Assembly: GCF_009914755.1 (NCBI RefSeq)
Contig: NC_060929.1
DNA from: the human T2T-CHM13v2.0 reference genome, Homo sapiens
Reading direction: 5' to 3' (one strand)
Length of the DNA stretch: 64,000 nucleotides
Part shown: positions 13,737 to 26,270 of the stretch, piece after piece
Layout: each line of letters begins with the position of its first letter
How positions within the stretch are numbered: position 1 is the stretch's first letter
Position numbers and translations under genes: made by a program
Notes under the pieces: generated by a model
Told to the model about the DNA's origin: nothing
The model's input: the letters and a program-made list of their open reading frames with translations, nothing else
The model's database searches: none

Positions 13737-15080
13737 GAAATTTGTACCAAGAAGTGGGGTGTTGCTCTAAAAATCTCCTTAAAATGTGAAAGCAGCTTTA
13801 GAACTGGTATTAGGTAGAGACTGACAGAGTTTTGAAGTGCATGCTAGAAAAAGCCAAGATTGCCATGAAAGGACTACTAAAGGGGAGTCTGATGAAGACT
13901 CAGAAAGAAAAGAAGAAATCTGCAGAGAACACATCCACCTTCTTAGAGACTACATAAGTGATTGTGAACACTGAATGTTGGTAGAAATATGAGCCATTCT
14001 GATGAAGTCACAGATGAAAACAAGGAACATGTTATCAGGCAATGAAGTAAAGGTAATCCCTATTATATAGTGGCAAAGAACTTGACTAACGTGTTCATAA
14101 ATGAAGTTAGCTATTTAGCTGAGGAGATTTCTGAGCAAAGTGTTGAAAGAGTGGCTTGGTTCCTCCCAACTGCCTATAGAAAAATGTAAGAAGAGAGAAA
14201 TCAATTAAAGAAGGAATTGTTGAGTAAAAAAGAACCAGAACTTACAGATTTGGAAAATCCTTAGCCTATCCATATTTTTAAAAAATGAGAATGTTTGGAA
14301 GATAATATTAAGGGTATGGCTATTTGATGAGGAGACTACTGTGAGTGTCAACCATGGACCTAATCAGCCACCTCAACAGAAGCAAGAAATGGGATTAGCA
14401 AAAACTTTGACAAGTAGTATGAAAAGAAACAGAGAAAATGAGACAGAATGAAGGCTGCAAACATATACCATTCCTCAGAGGAAAAAATAGGATGATAGGG
14501 AAGATGATTCAGAGATTATTAGGGCTACCACTTTCACCACAGGCTTATGAGGTGGACCTAGTTCCTCCTTGGTCTCAAAGGATGGGGCTAACTCTCTCAT
14601 TTCAATAGGTCAGAATGTTCCCAACTATTGCCATAGGGGTGGGGCCACTGAAGATATCCTTGTGGGTGGGTCCCCATGGAGCAGGAGGAGCAGGGCCAGT
14701 CCATTGCACTGTGAGAATGATGCTGCCATCATTGTCCTGCTAAGACAAATTTAAATTTTTGTCTTGCTAAGAACTTCCTTATGACCCATCACTCCTTCCT
14801 TCTTTCCTATTCTTCCCTTTTGGAATGAGAACGTCTATCCTATACCTGTCTCATCATTGCAGTTTGGAAGCACACAACTTGTCTGGTTTCACAGATTCAT
14901 AGCTGGAGAGGAATTCTGTCTCATGACGAAGCATACCTCAAGTCTCTCTTTAGACTAGACTTCAGACTTTAAATTTTAGAGCTGATGCTAGAATAAGTTA
15001 AAATTTGGGGGGCTGTTGGGATAGAATACATGTCTTTTGCATGTAAGAAAGACAGGAATTTCAGAGGGCCATGAAGGGAA
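13737..15080 (+). mobile_element. MLT1A internal sequence (MaLR-int)
   Basis: Typical MaLR-int motifs (aaaatgtgaaagcagctttagaactgg, tatatagtggcaaagaacttg, ctatttagctgaggagatttctgagcaaagtgttg) and a purine-rich stretch before the 3' LTR. Confidence 0.85.
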
Positions 15081-15430
15081 TGTTACGGACTGAATATTTG
15101 TGTTCCCTCAAAATTCATATGTCAAAGGCTGAACTTCCAATGTGATGGTATTAGTAGGTGGAGTCTTTGGGAGGTGATTAGGTTTAGATGAGGTCATGAA
15201 GGTAGACCCTCCATTATGGGATTAGTGTCCTTATAAGAAGAGGAGGAGATACCAGGCCTACGAGACACAGCAAGAAGTTATTCATCTGCAAGCCAGGAAG
15301 AGGGCCCTCACCAGAACCCAATCATGGTTACATCCTGATCTTGGACCTCCAGAACTGTGACAAATAAATGGCTGTTATTTAAGCCACCCAGTCTGATATT
15401 TTCTTGTAGCAGCCTGAACAGATGAAGACA
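15081..15430 (+). mobile_element. MLT1A 3' LTR
   Basis: tgttacggactgaatatttgtg...ggtttagatgaggtcatg...aagccacccagtc...gaagaca. Confidence 0.9.
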
Positions 15431-15919
15431 GGTCCTCTCCACTTTTCACTTTTCTTCATGTCCAGCTTAAAATCCTTGATCCAGTAATAAAAACCACATC
15501 ACCACCTTGATTACATTCTCTGTTCTTTCCACCTCTATCCTTTATCAATGCCAATGAAGACCTTCATTCTTAAGTGGGATCTCTTTGTATTCCTTCTTAG
15601 AGCCACACATGAATCTACAATTGTCTCAAAATAAAATATTTTTTAAAACGCACCTTCTTTCTGGATGATGCCAACTATCTGACATGCCTAAAAGTGAACA
15701 ACTCAAGTTAGTGAAGATACTTTCAGGCTGATTGTGGTCATCAACTTTACATGGAACCTCTCTCCCCCATGCTTTCCTTCTCTTACACTCATTCTTTTAT
15801 TTTTATTATTGATTCTCATGTGTGTGAAACACAGGTAGAACAGAGGCTTGAATGTGCCTTGGTCTCTGGGAGGCAGGACAAGTCTACTTTTAGCATGTGT
15901 GCTAGGGGAAGCTATATCT

Positions 15920-16090
15920 CACTTACTCTTCAACAGACCCCAATCTGTCTTTTGTTTCCACCATCCAGTGAAAGGCAAGGTCACCGATGTCTTTATCTAC
16001 CAAATCCAAAGGGTGCCAGTGAGATATTACTTGACCTCGCATTAGCATTTGACATATTCTCGTCTCTGAAAATATTCTTCTCTCTTGACT
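15920..16090 (+). mobile_element. L2 fragment (RT region)
   Basis: ttacttgacctcgcattagcatttgaca resembles the L2 LDLSAAFD codons. Confidence 0.55.
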
Positions 16091-16772
16091 TCTATGTGTC
16101 TCCTGTGGCAAGATATGAAAGTTTCAGCCCATGTGAATATAGAAACTTCACCACGCTTGGGATTTTCTCCATTTGTTTTGTGCTGTATGAGACAGATTAA
16201 AGATAAATTCTTCTCCTCACTTCCGGGGGAGGTTGGAAGTCTTTGGTCTTCATGGAAAGGCAAGCCACACCTGGACTTATTCTGGCTCTGAGTTTAATGG
16301 GCCATGAGGAGTAAGAAGACAGTAGGTTTCAGGGGGGCATGGGGTTATAAAGAAGGTTTGAGATAAGGATGCACAAGAGAACTGCTAGAGGGATATGGAA
16401 GCAATGGAGAGATTACCACCAGATGGAGCCCCTGGAAGTGAGGTGCTAATATCTGGAAAACTGCTGAGAAGGAGGAGGATCCATAATCCAGGGAGCATTA
16501 GAAAAGTGGACCCTTCTGAATATCATGGCAAAGGGCATTGCTTGAGGGCCCAGGAGGCTGATGAGAATGGAACCTTGCCTGACAATCACCCAGTCTTCTT
16601 CCAATGGAAAATGTTGCACTATTTTCACATGAATGTCTTCTCTTTGTCTACACCCACACCAGAGAAAGCTCCTATCTGTCTATACCAGCACTTTACCCAC
16701 TGGCTGAAGACCCCCAGCTATGCCCCAAGACTATGCCTGGTTCCTATCGCATGACCTCACGTGGATGTTCCT

Positions 16773-17133
16773 TGTTATGGTTTAAATGTGTGTGTTCCCC
16801 TAAAACTCATATGTTGAAACCTAATTACCAAGGTGGTGTTATCAGAAGGTGGTCCTTTTGGGAGATGATTAGGTCATGAGAGTAACGTCCTCATAAACAT
16901 GATTTGTATCTTTCTAAAAGAGGCCCCAGAGAGCTGCCCAGACACTTCACCATGCGAGGATGCAGCAAGAAGAAGCCATCTGTGAACCAGGAACTGGTCC
17001 TCACCAGACACTGAATCTGCTGACACCTTGGTTTTGGGGTTTCCAGCCTCCAGAACAATGAGATGTAAATCTCTGTTGCTTATAAACCACACAGTCTACG
17101 ACATTTTGTTATAGCAGTCCAAACAGACTAAAA
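16773..17133 (+). mobile_element. MLT1A0 solo LTR
   Basis: tgttatggtttaaatg...gattaggtcatgag...ccagcctccagaac...ttttgttatagcag...cagactaa. Confidence 0.88.
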
Positions 17134-17289
17134 TTTTTCTTACATATTTTAAAATCCCCATACCCATAAGCCTAAAGAGTGAGGTCTGTTCATGAAGTGG
17201 GCATCCCCTGCCCCCTAAACTTAGTGGTGAAGAGGGACAAAATATGTAAGCTCAAAGGCTACAAGCTAGGACAGTTGTTCCTGAGCCTC

Positions 17290-18045
17290 GTCTTACACTG
17301 CCTTCTCCACCTCTTCCTCTGACTTTGCCGGACGCATTTGCTCCATCTCCTCTGCTGGTTCCTCCCTGGTTCTGAATACCTCGGAACTCTGTCCTTTTTT
17401 CTTCTTCTTCTTCTGCCTAGAAAATCATATCTATTACCATGACTTTAACAACACCCACATTCTGATCACTCCAAATTGATACATTCAGGCCAATGAAACC
17501 CAGGTTTAGACATCCAGCTGCTTACTTCATGTCCACATCTGTGTGTTTCATAGACATCTGAAGCATAGCATGTTGAAAATTACAGGGCCCTTATGATGTG
17601 TTTCTGCCAATCTCTCCAACCAAATGACAAGCCATCCCTTCCCTCAACCTTTCAACACAACAGCCTCTTGGGCACCCTTTCCTTTCTCAAACATGACACA
17701 CCCTTTCTCATCACAGGGGCTGTGCACATGATATTCCTTCTGCCCCAAACTTCCTCCCCCCGCATTGCTTGCTCTTGTCATTATTTCAACTGTCATCTCC
17801 TCAGAGAGACTTTCTCTCCCACTCTGTATCTAAAGTAGGTCTCACTGTTATTTTCTATGAATTCACCCTCTATAGCATAAATCACCATTATATTTATCTG
17901 TATTGTCCTTCACCCCCCTGCCCCACCCAATAACCCATGAATTTCATGAGGGCAAAGACTATACTACATCCCCAGTACCTGGAATACTGTCTGGTTCGGA
18001 GAAAAAGAGAAGATGTTCGATAAATATTCATTAAATGAATGACTG
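17290..18045 (+). mobile_element. L2 3' region
   Basis: catccagctgcttacttc..., catctcctcagagagac, catgagggcaaagac, ending ataaatattcattaaatgaatga. Confidence 0.7.
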
Positions 18046-18134
18046 GTAAACATTAGAGTATACATATAATAATATTATATATATGTATGTATGTATGTAT
18101 ATATATGAAGTTGAAGAGGTGTAGAGAGGTGGGT

Positions 18135-18370
18135 AAGAGATGAGTTTTATTTTACATGTGTTGAGCTTGGAGGACATAGAGGACCAATGAATGGATCAAT
18201 CCAGCAGATGATTGGGCTCTAAGTGTGAAGGTAAGGGGGGCCAGAGATAAAGATATAGGAGGAATTCAACAAAACTATGGCCAAAGTCACAGATGAGAAT
18301 GAAATGGCCCAAAAAAAGTCAGTAGAGTGAGAATAGGGGACCAAGAACAGAACCCCACAGAAAACTACCT
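18135..18370 (-). mobile_element. L2 fragment
   Basis: gatgagttttattttacatgtgttgagcttg...ccagcagatgattgg...gaacagaacccc. Confidence 0.6.
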
Positions 18371-18576
18371 AGAGGTTACCTGCTGCTCAGTCACCACTAT
18401 TTCACCATTTCCACCAAGCTCTCCTGCCTACTCCTCTGCCTTGTCTAGAATAGGGGGCCAGGAACTTAGTAACAGTCACCACGGTAGGCGCTGGGAATAA
18501 ACAGTGACCAAAACAAACTTGGTCACTGCCGTAGAACAGTTCATGGGTAGTGAAAGCAAGCCATGTGGACAGTCAC

Positions 18577-19442
18577 TGGGTGGCAGAGACCATGCCTCCC
18601 AGTTTTTTTCTCTTCAGTTTTAGTTGGTCATCTGACTGCCCAGAGGAAAAGCTACATTTCTTAATTGCCTTTCTTGCAATTTGGTGTAGACATGGATTAA
18701 GTTTTAGCAATGGGTTATGAGCAGAAGGAAGGGACACTGTTGTGAGTTGAACTGTGTTCCCCACAAATTCATATAATAAAATCCTAACCCCTGTTGAGGA
18801 ATGTGAACTTATTTGGAGATAAGGTCTTTATAGAGGTAATCAAGTTAAAATGAGGTCATTTTAAACAAGGACCTTATCTAATATGACTAGTTTCTTTATA
18901 AAAAGGGGGAAATTGGACACAGAGATACCCATAGAGAGAAGACAATGGAAGAGACAAAGGGAGAAGATGGTAACCTACAAGTCAAGAAGAGAGGCTTGGA
19001 ACAGATCTTTTCCTCACAGCCCTCAGAAAGAACCAACTGCCAATACTCAGTCTTGAACTTCTAGCTTCCACAATTGTGAGACAATACATTTCTGTTGTTT
19101 AATCCATCAGTCTCTGGAACTTTGTTACAGTAGCCCTTGCAAACTAGTAAAGAAACCACTTCGAGGTCATAACTCTAGAAAAGGATATGTATGAACCTCC
19201 TGGCCCTTCTCCCACTTTGCTGGCCTGGGGATGACTAGACTTGCAGCAGCTATCTTGGATGCAGAAGTGGAAGCCATGTGTTGAGTTTGGCAGGGCCACA
19301 CCACAGTTGACAAAGCACCCTTGACTGCACCCCTCTGGACTGTTACAGAACAGAGAAAGAAAGGTTTGTTTGTTCTAAGCCACAATATTTTGGGTCTCTT
19401 TGTTACAGTATAGATTCCTTAGCCTGTATTCTAACTGATACA
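18577..19442 (+). mobile_element. MLT1J-family LTR split by an MLT1B insertion
   Basis: gtggcagagac...ctacatttc...gagcagaag before the insert and gcagctatcttgga...aagccacaatattttgggtctctttgttac...taactgataca after it. Confidence 0.72.
18738..19151 (+). mobile_element. MLT1B solo LTR
   Basis: tgttgtgagttgaactgtg...ttatttggagataaggtcttt...caagttaaaatgaggtcat...gcaaactagtaaa. TSD gacac/gaaac. Confidence 0.88.
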
Positions 19443-21185
19443 TATTGCATAAAGGTCATGGATAACTGTAAATAAAGTCATATATGACTTCCAAATAATG
19501 CTTGAAAATGAATTATATTTGACCTCCCATCCTAATTATACATTCTACATCAAATTTATAGAATTGAAAGTACATCCTGCCACATCTGTCTCTGCCTCCT
19601 AACCCTCCAGATTGGCTGGTCTCATCAATTCTAACTTGGTTTTCATTATTGACTTCATCTCTTTTCCCATTTGCAGACCATTCAAAGAATCTCTTCCAAG
19701 ATTTTTCCTTCATATTCCTTAGGTTACCTTAGCTCCTCTATTTCACTCCAGTCTGGTTTTCAAGTTTAAAATGCTTTCCAGAATACAAATCTGACACTCC
19801 ACTATTCTTTTCTTTCCAACCCAGGCACAATTCAACATGATTCAGCCATCATCATTACAGGTAAAGTACTTTCCTAAAACACTCATCTTCCTCTGCTCTG
19901 TCTTTTGCTGAGGTATGCAGCCCCCTTTGATGTTAAATGGACTTCTTTCTGTGACAGTACTTGAAGACAATGGGATCTGGCTAGACATCTGTAGGTTTCC
20001 TTAATGTCAGCATTAAATACAGATTTATTGTTAATTGATACATTTATGCCGAGTTTTCTAAATCAATGGAAAGTGAAAAAAAAAAATGCTCACAAAATGC
20101 TAAGAATTTTTTCTCACTTTAAGGAAAGTCCATGGCAAGAATGTTCTCTTATCTAAGCAGGAATATCTAGAGTAAAAAATTTGGAAATCAAACATGGTTA
20201 CTGTAGTGTTTTTATTCTAATCGATTCCACTGTTCTCGAGCCCATTTTTTTTCATCCAGATATTCCATGAAAGTTCAAATAGGGAATACATTCTACATTC
20301 CAGATCAAAATTTAAAATCACTGAAGCATTTGTCTACAAATGCAAGCTGATTGGTCAATCCTACGTTCTTTCTTTATTCTAGAATGAAGGGCAATGTGGA
20401 TACATCTGAATCATTCAACAATGACATAACTTACCTTCTCTATGACCCAATTTACTTGCCTAATTTTGGTGACTCAGTGGACTAAGGAGAAGATGAAATA
20501 TGGAGAAATTATATTTCTTTTGCTGGATCTGTCAGAAAAAAAAAGTGTATGACTTTGGGGAGAAAAATATCCTTCCTCTGACTTTGCTTCCACATTTGCA
20601 AAAGAGGAACAGAAAAGTCCCACTAACTTAGTAATAAATTATCTCATTACTGAGTGTAAACACTGTTATTGTTTAGCATTTATTTCTGCAATCTGTCAGG
20701 ATATTTTGAAATTTCTCCATGAACTATACATCTTAATACAGTGTTTCTCCTTCTCTCTTCACATGGCGTGTCGGAGAAAGCGAGGCAGAATGGTGAACAC
20801 ATGGGTGATGTAAATGAAATGCTGTTTAATTTATTTTCAAATGGATAAAAGGAAATGTAATTAAGCTCCCTAAAAGCCTTCCAAATAAACTTCCCTTAAA
20901 GGAGTAGAAAAGGAGGTTGTAATTGATCAAAGTAGCTACGTCAAGTGTCAGATTCCTTGACACTTGGAGACAGACCAGATTAAGATAGCCAGCAGAGAAT
21001 CAATTGCAGTACAAGCCAGAGGCTTCACAGGACTGGGGGAAAATACCAGAAATGTGGATTAGATGCTGGTCAGCATCAAGAAGCAAACACACTCCATGTC
21101 TGAAGTCTTGGGCTTAGATGTACAACTGGTGTAAGTGAACCCTCTCTCTTCTTAATGCACAAACAAGTCAATGTGTGTTTATATT

Positions 21186-21240
21186 AGATAAGCAGATGAT
21201 AGATGATAGATAGATGGATAGACAACAGATAGATAGATAA
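21186..21240 (+). repeat. Degenerate (GATA)n microsatellite
   Basis: agatgatagatgatagatagatggatagac...gatagataa. Confidence 0.85.
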
Positions 21241-23264
21241 TCTCCTATCTTTTTATTTAATGAGGAAAAGCCAAGATATCAGCCTAAAACCACTAAAAAA
21301 GAGAGAGAAAGCAAGCCCTATGGGTCTGCAGGTCCCAAGAGAAAGACTTCCTTCTGCTACATTGCATGCTACCAAGGATAGCAGGGGATCCACAGCAAAT
21401 AATATCTACTCAAGTCTGTATTGTACATTTGTTAAATTCTGATCCCTGACCAAAAAAAAAAAGAAGGAACCCTGGTAGAACAACTATAAATATACATACT
21501 CAACATCTCACATGTCCCATAGTAAATGCCACAAAATGAGCATGCTTTGTATTTGTTCTAAAATTGTTACTCTTCAGAGTATTCAAACTAAAAACAAAAC
21601 TATATTTATATCTCAGGATTCTATAACTCCACCAGCTTTGGAATGGCAAGAATGAGAAGTGGTCACCCTCTTAGGGTCATTAATGTTCCTGAAACTTACA
21701 CTTCATAGAAACAGGCATTTTTATCCTTTTTAAAAATATATGTGTATGCCCTAACTAATCAACAGCCTGGACACATAGACCCAACTTTGAATTGATTGTG
21801 GAATTAACTCTCGTGTCAATAGAGAGGAAGTCATCAAGGTGTAAATTTCCTCTCTCAAGGATTATATGTCTTTATCATAAAAATCATAAAATAAAATCAT
21901 GAGTTTCCATTAAAAAGTGACTATTTTATGATCCACAGTTTATCAACTGTCAGCTATACACTGTTTTGATTCTTTGCTTTCCTCTTTTCAACATGATCAA
22001 ATATGAACATGCTATTAAGTCTTAACCCTGGCATGCTATTTTTGAAAAGATATTATATAATGAATATCTGCCATAAAATAGTATATAAGTATATGTGATA
22101 ATCAATCGCAATTGATTATTTTAGTTTATTGTCTTTCCAACAAGACAGTGAAGATTCGAAGCATTCTATTGTTAAAATAAGGTTTTAAAAACAGAAAAAA
22201 AATGAAAAATTACCAGGAATGGAGAATTAAAGCACAATATAAAACCCCTGTAATAAAGAGTCATTGCCTCACAGATGAACATAAATTGAAAAATCTATTG
22301 CTTTTTTTTTTCTGCAGACATTTCTCAGGATAGTGCCATACTACCATTCATGGGAGATGCTTATCACAAATAGTCAGAAATAATGTATCTCAGGGAGAAG
22401 TATTTCATTATTAGGTATGATGAAAAGCAATATTACTAGAGGCATTCCATCATCAAGTTCTCTTAGCCTATTTTGAAAGGTCTTTAAGAAAAGGTATTCA
22501 CAAGCAAGCATGAAAACTATGAAGCATCAAGGCAGTTGATGATTCTAATAATAGTATAACTGATCATTTATACACTGTAAATATAACCTACTGAGCTCAT
22601 CATAATGATTAAAGTTGAAGTTTAAGACAATGCAAAATAAATGTTTAAATGAAACACACTGAGATGACAACAGTGGTTAACTTAGAGTGGGTCTGATCAG
22701 CGGTCTTTTAAATTTCATTCTTTCTAGCTTGCAAATTTTCTACAATATATAGGTAGTATTTTTATAATAAAAATTTTAATTTTGTTAATTTTTTCCAGGC
22801 TTACTAATATTTTCACCTGCAATGTGCTTCCAGTGTGTATGAGTCAAAATCTTTGATAGGACTTTGAAGTCTACAAAAGTGAGCGGAATATCAGGAAAAC
22901 TGATTTTAAGCCCACATGTCACAAGCCAAAGGAACATGTCCGATTTAAGCTCTCTGTGCACGAGGTTTAATATCTGTAAAAACATCTTCTCCTGGAAAAA
23001 GATACCCCTAACTGAAAACAGCCGTTGTGTCATAGAGATGGGAATGAGATTAGATTTTATTTTCTATTTTGCACATGCCTACGCTTTAAATTTATTTCAT
23101 TTGGAAAAAAATATTTTCTGTTTTCTTGGAAAAAGTTTGACTTTTTAATGACAATTTTACAGGCATCAACAATTATGCACTTTTTGATTGCACAGTAAGA
23201 ACTGATCTAGAAAAAATTAAATTGAGATACTTTTCAAACTGGAAGAAATTTAAATCACTGAGGT

Positions 23265-23410
23265 AACAAGTATGGGGTTTCTTTTGGGGGTGATGGCAAT
23301 GTTCTAGTTAGATAGTGGTGATGGTTGCATGATCTTGTAAATACCCTAAAGATCATTAAACTTTAAAATGGAGAATTTTCTTGTATGTGAATAATGTCTC
23401 AAAGCAAAAC
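23265..23410 (+). mobile_element. L1MB 3' end fragment
   Basis: gtatggggtttcttttgggggtgatg..aatgttctag..agatagtggtgatggttgca. Confidence 0.8.
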
Positions 23411-23462
23411 AAAACTAGAAGATACTGAGGAGCATCAGATTTGGGACAGAATTACCTGAGCT

Positions 23463-23845
23463 CGTATGAATTTGTTTTCACACTACTGTAAAGACACTAC
23501 CTGAAACTGGAAAATGTATAAACGAAAGAGGTTTCATTGACTCATAGTTCCATATTGCTGGGGAGGCTTCAGGAAACTTACAATCACGGTAGAAGGTGAA
23601 GGGGAAGCGAGCCTTGTCTTACATGGAGGCAGGAGAGCGAGAGGGAGAGGGAGAGGGGGAGGGGGAGGGGAAGTGCCACACTTTGAAATCATCAGCTCCC
23701 ATGAGAACTCACTCACCATCACAAAAATAGCATGGGAGAAACTGCTTCCATGATCCAATCACCTCCCACCATGTCCCTCCCTCTACACATGGGGATTATA
23801 ATTCAAGATAAGATTTGGATGAGGACACAGAACCAAACCATATCA
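23463..23845 (-). mobile_element. THE1D solo LTR (MaLR)
   Basis: ggggaggcttcaggaaacttacaatc...gaagtgccacac...catgatccaatcacctcccacc...ccaaaccatatca (reverse complement of the TGATATGGTTTGG start). Confidence 0.9.
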
Positions 23846-24176
23846 GAGACCATTCCGTATAATCACTGTCTCCTCCTTGCCAAAAAGTGAGAGACAGACA
23901 CAGGACTCAGGGACAATCAGCAGAGGCTGTCACGTCCTTAAGGCCATCTCATCCATAACTCAGATTTTTTTAAATCAAATTGTGTTATACAAGTGGGCTC
24001 ATTTGGCCATATTAAGGGGAGGCTGTCAGTGAAGACATTTTCTTACCTCATTAGGACAAGAAACATTCTTGCTCTCTCAGAGTCAGAGATTTGGGCGACA
24101 TTATCTCTCTAGAGTATATGCCTTGAGTGTGGTCACCCCAAGATTTTCTCTACCCTCTGTAGCCTATGTTGATACC

Positions 24177-24630
24177 TCTGTCAGTTGGCTTTTGCTGCAT
24201 AATTAAACATCCCCAAATTTAGTGGCTTAAGGCAACCACCATCCATGTGGCTCATGTATACAGGTCAGCCATGTGGGCTGAAGCTCTTCTGGGCTCAGCT
24301 GCTCAGGTGAGTGAGCTGGCTGTGGGCCAGGGTGATGGGTGACTGGGCAATGTCTCCCTCTTCATACAGCAGGCAAACCTGGGCTCTCTCATCCAGCACA
24401 GCATGCTTCAAAAAGAACAAGTAAAGCGTTCAAGATCTTTTAAGCCTAGACCTGGAACTGCACAGGCCACTTCATCCACATCCTCAGGGTGAGACTCAGT
24501 CGCAAGTCCATCCTGGACCCAAGGGGTGGGGAAATAGGCCTCACCTCTTGATGGGAGGAAGCATAGAGTCACATTGCAAGATGTGGGACACAAGGAGGGG
24601 AAACATGCTTGGAAGCAACCTACCGCCACA
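24177..24630 (-). mobile_element. MLT1G/H-family LTR
   Basis: ttgctgcataattaaacatccccaaatttagtggcttaa...cacctcttgatgggagg...gtcacattgcaa...ccaca. Confidence 0.72.
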
Positions 24631-25211
24631 CAGCCCCAACAACATAGACTTCAAAATTGTAAACACAAAAGAAAGAAACATTCAAGGGCTCTCAGTTCAC
24701 ACAGTTAATCTTCCCAGTGGGACACAGGGAACATAATGATTTAATGACTTCGAAGCCATGTATTATTCAAAGAGGAAGAGTTCTCACTGAGAAAACATCC
24801 CAAGTAAACTGAAACACATCTGCACTCCTCATTACTGTTCCTCTCCCTCCCTGCCCTCCTTAGAGCCCTCAGTTACTGCTTTAGGTAGATAAACAGGGTT
24901 TGATTCAACTGAAAGGGGAGCTGTAGCCATTATACAACCTCAGATGAGGATTGCTGAGAGAGATCTAGGGATGGTAAATGGCGACTCAAAGACTCCTCAA
25001 TGAGTCTAAGCCTAGGGAAGGTGCTGAGTTTGTGGTTCTTAAAGCAAAGGACTCGAGGTCACCATCGCTCAGAGATGAGACAATCTCTCAGCTCCATTTC
25101 ATGCTGATATATTTCCTCAGATCCATTACATGCGAGCTTAATTTTTTTAAGGTGAAGGTTTCTGCAACCTGGAAAACAAAGCAATAATCTTACAATACAG
25201 TAGAATTGGGC

Positions 25212-25365
25212 AGAAGTCCCCAACTATCTCTGCACATCAGAATCGCTGAGCACACTTAATAAAAACACTACGTCTTGGGCTCCATCCTCAGGCATTGTGA
25301 TCCAATAGGTTTAGAGTTTAGTGCAGAGACATAATTTCAGCAAGCTTCCCAGTTGTCTGGATGAG
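25212..25365 (+). mobile_element. MER5-family hAT MITE, degenerate
   Basis: ctgcacatcagaatcgctg...tgggctccatcctcag...caagcttcccag. Confidence 0.55.
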
Positions 25366-25629
25366 CTTAGTTTTATTAGGTAAGAAATGGGGATAACTGT
25401 ATCTGCTGCATCTGGCTTCCACTGATGTATCAATAGATACGGATGGGTGCGGCATGCTGACATGAGGTGCATTAAAGCAGATAAGCCATATCAAAACACA
25501 AAACCTCCACAGCAGGCAAGCTTATACTGGGCATATTCCAACCTTACTTTGCAAGATGTCCATTTTCAGTTCCTTGCCATCTACTGATTACTCATTAAAA
25601 TCTAGGACATTCATGTTAACCCAGGCATA

Positions 25630-26092
25630 CTGTAGGATTGTGTACAGCTGCAAGTTACAAATATGCAAAAAAAGCGTACTGCACAAGACAGAAATGTATT
25701 TGTTCCCATGTAAGTATTTCAGCCCTGTCATGACAAGCCAGCTCCATGAAACATAAAGAGACCCCCAGCTCCTCCCATCTAACCACTTTGCCATGCCTCA
25801 ACCTCATGATATAAAATAAAATTGGGGATCCAGAAATCACATTTATATCCCAAGCAGAAGTCTGGAGAAAGGGGAAAAGATGAAGCAAACAGCCCCTTCT
25901 TTTAAAGAGCATTCCCAGTTTGCACACTCTATTTTCACCTGCATTCCATTGATCAGAAACTTAAGCACATGGAAAGGAAGTCACTAGAAAGAAAGACTGG
26001 AAGATTCCATCTCTATTCCAGACTGCCATAGGGGGCTGAAATTTCTGTGGAAGAAAGATAAATTGTAGGACAAGAAGAAACCCCTGCCATAC
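25630..26092 (-). mobile_element. MLT1J-like LTR, degenerate
   Basis: caagacagaaatgtatttg...gctccatga...ccattgatcagaaacttaagcacatgg...ctgccata. Confidence 0.6.
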
Positions 26093-26139
26093 CCAGGCTT
26101 TGTCAGAACGCCTATCTCTGCTTTGAGCCTATAAAATTT

Positions 26140-26270
26140 TCATACCCCAAAGTGTTCATTGTGGAATTATTTATTATAACAGTAAAAATTTGAAAACAAA
26201 TAAAATGGCCAACAATAGGAAAATTATTAAGTCAACTACAGTACATCAATTTCATAAAATAACATAGAAT
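26140..26270 (+). mobile_element. Old L1M fragment
   Basis: gtgttcattgtggaattattt...gaaaacaaataaaatggccaacaatagg...cagtacatc. Confidence 0.55.

Noticed and set aside
15751-16754. 149-aa and 119-aa ATG ORFs
   Set aside because: No recognisable domain, partial overlap with L2 remnants, and lengths expected by chance.
20942-22119. 9-bp-arm hairpins (caagtgtca..tgacacttg at 20942, ataatcaat..attgattat at 22098; similar at 52160)
   Set aside because: A few 9-bp stems with short spacers are expected by chance in 64 kb of AT-rich DNA, and there is no supporting context.
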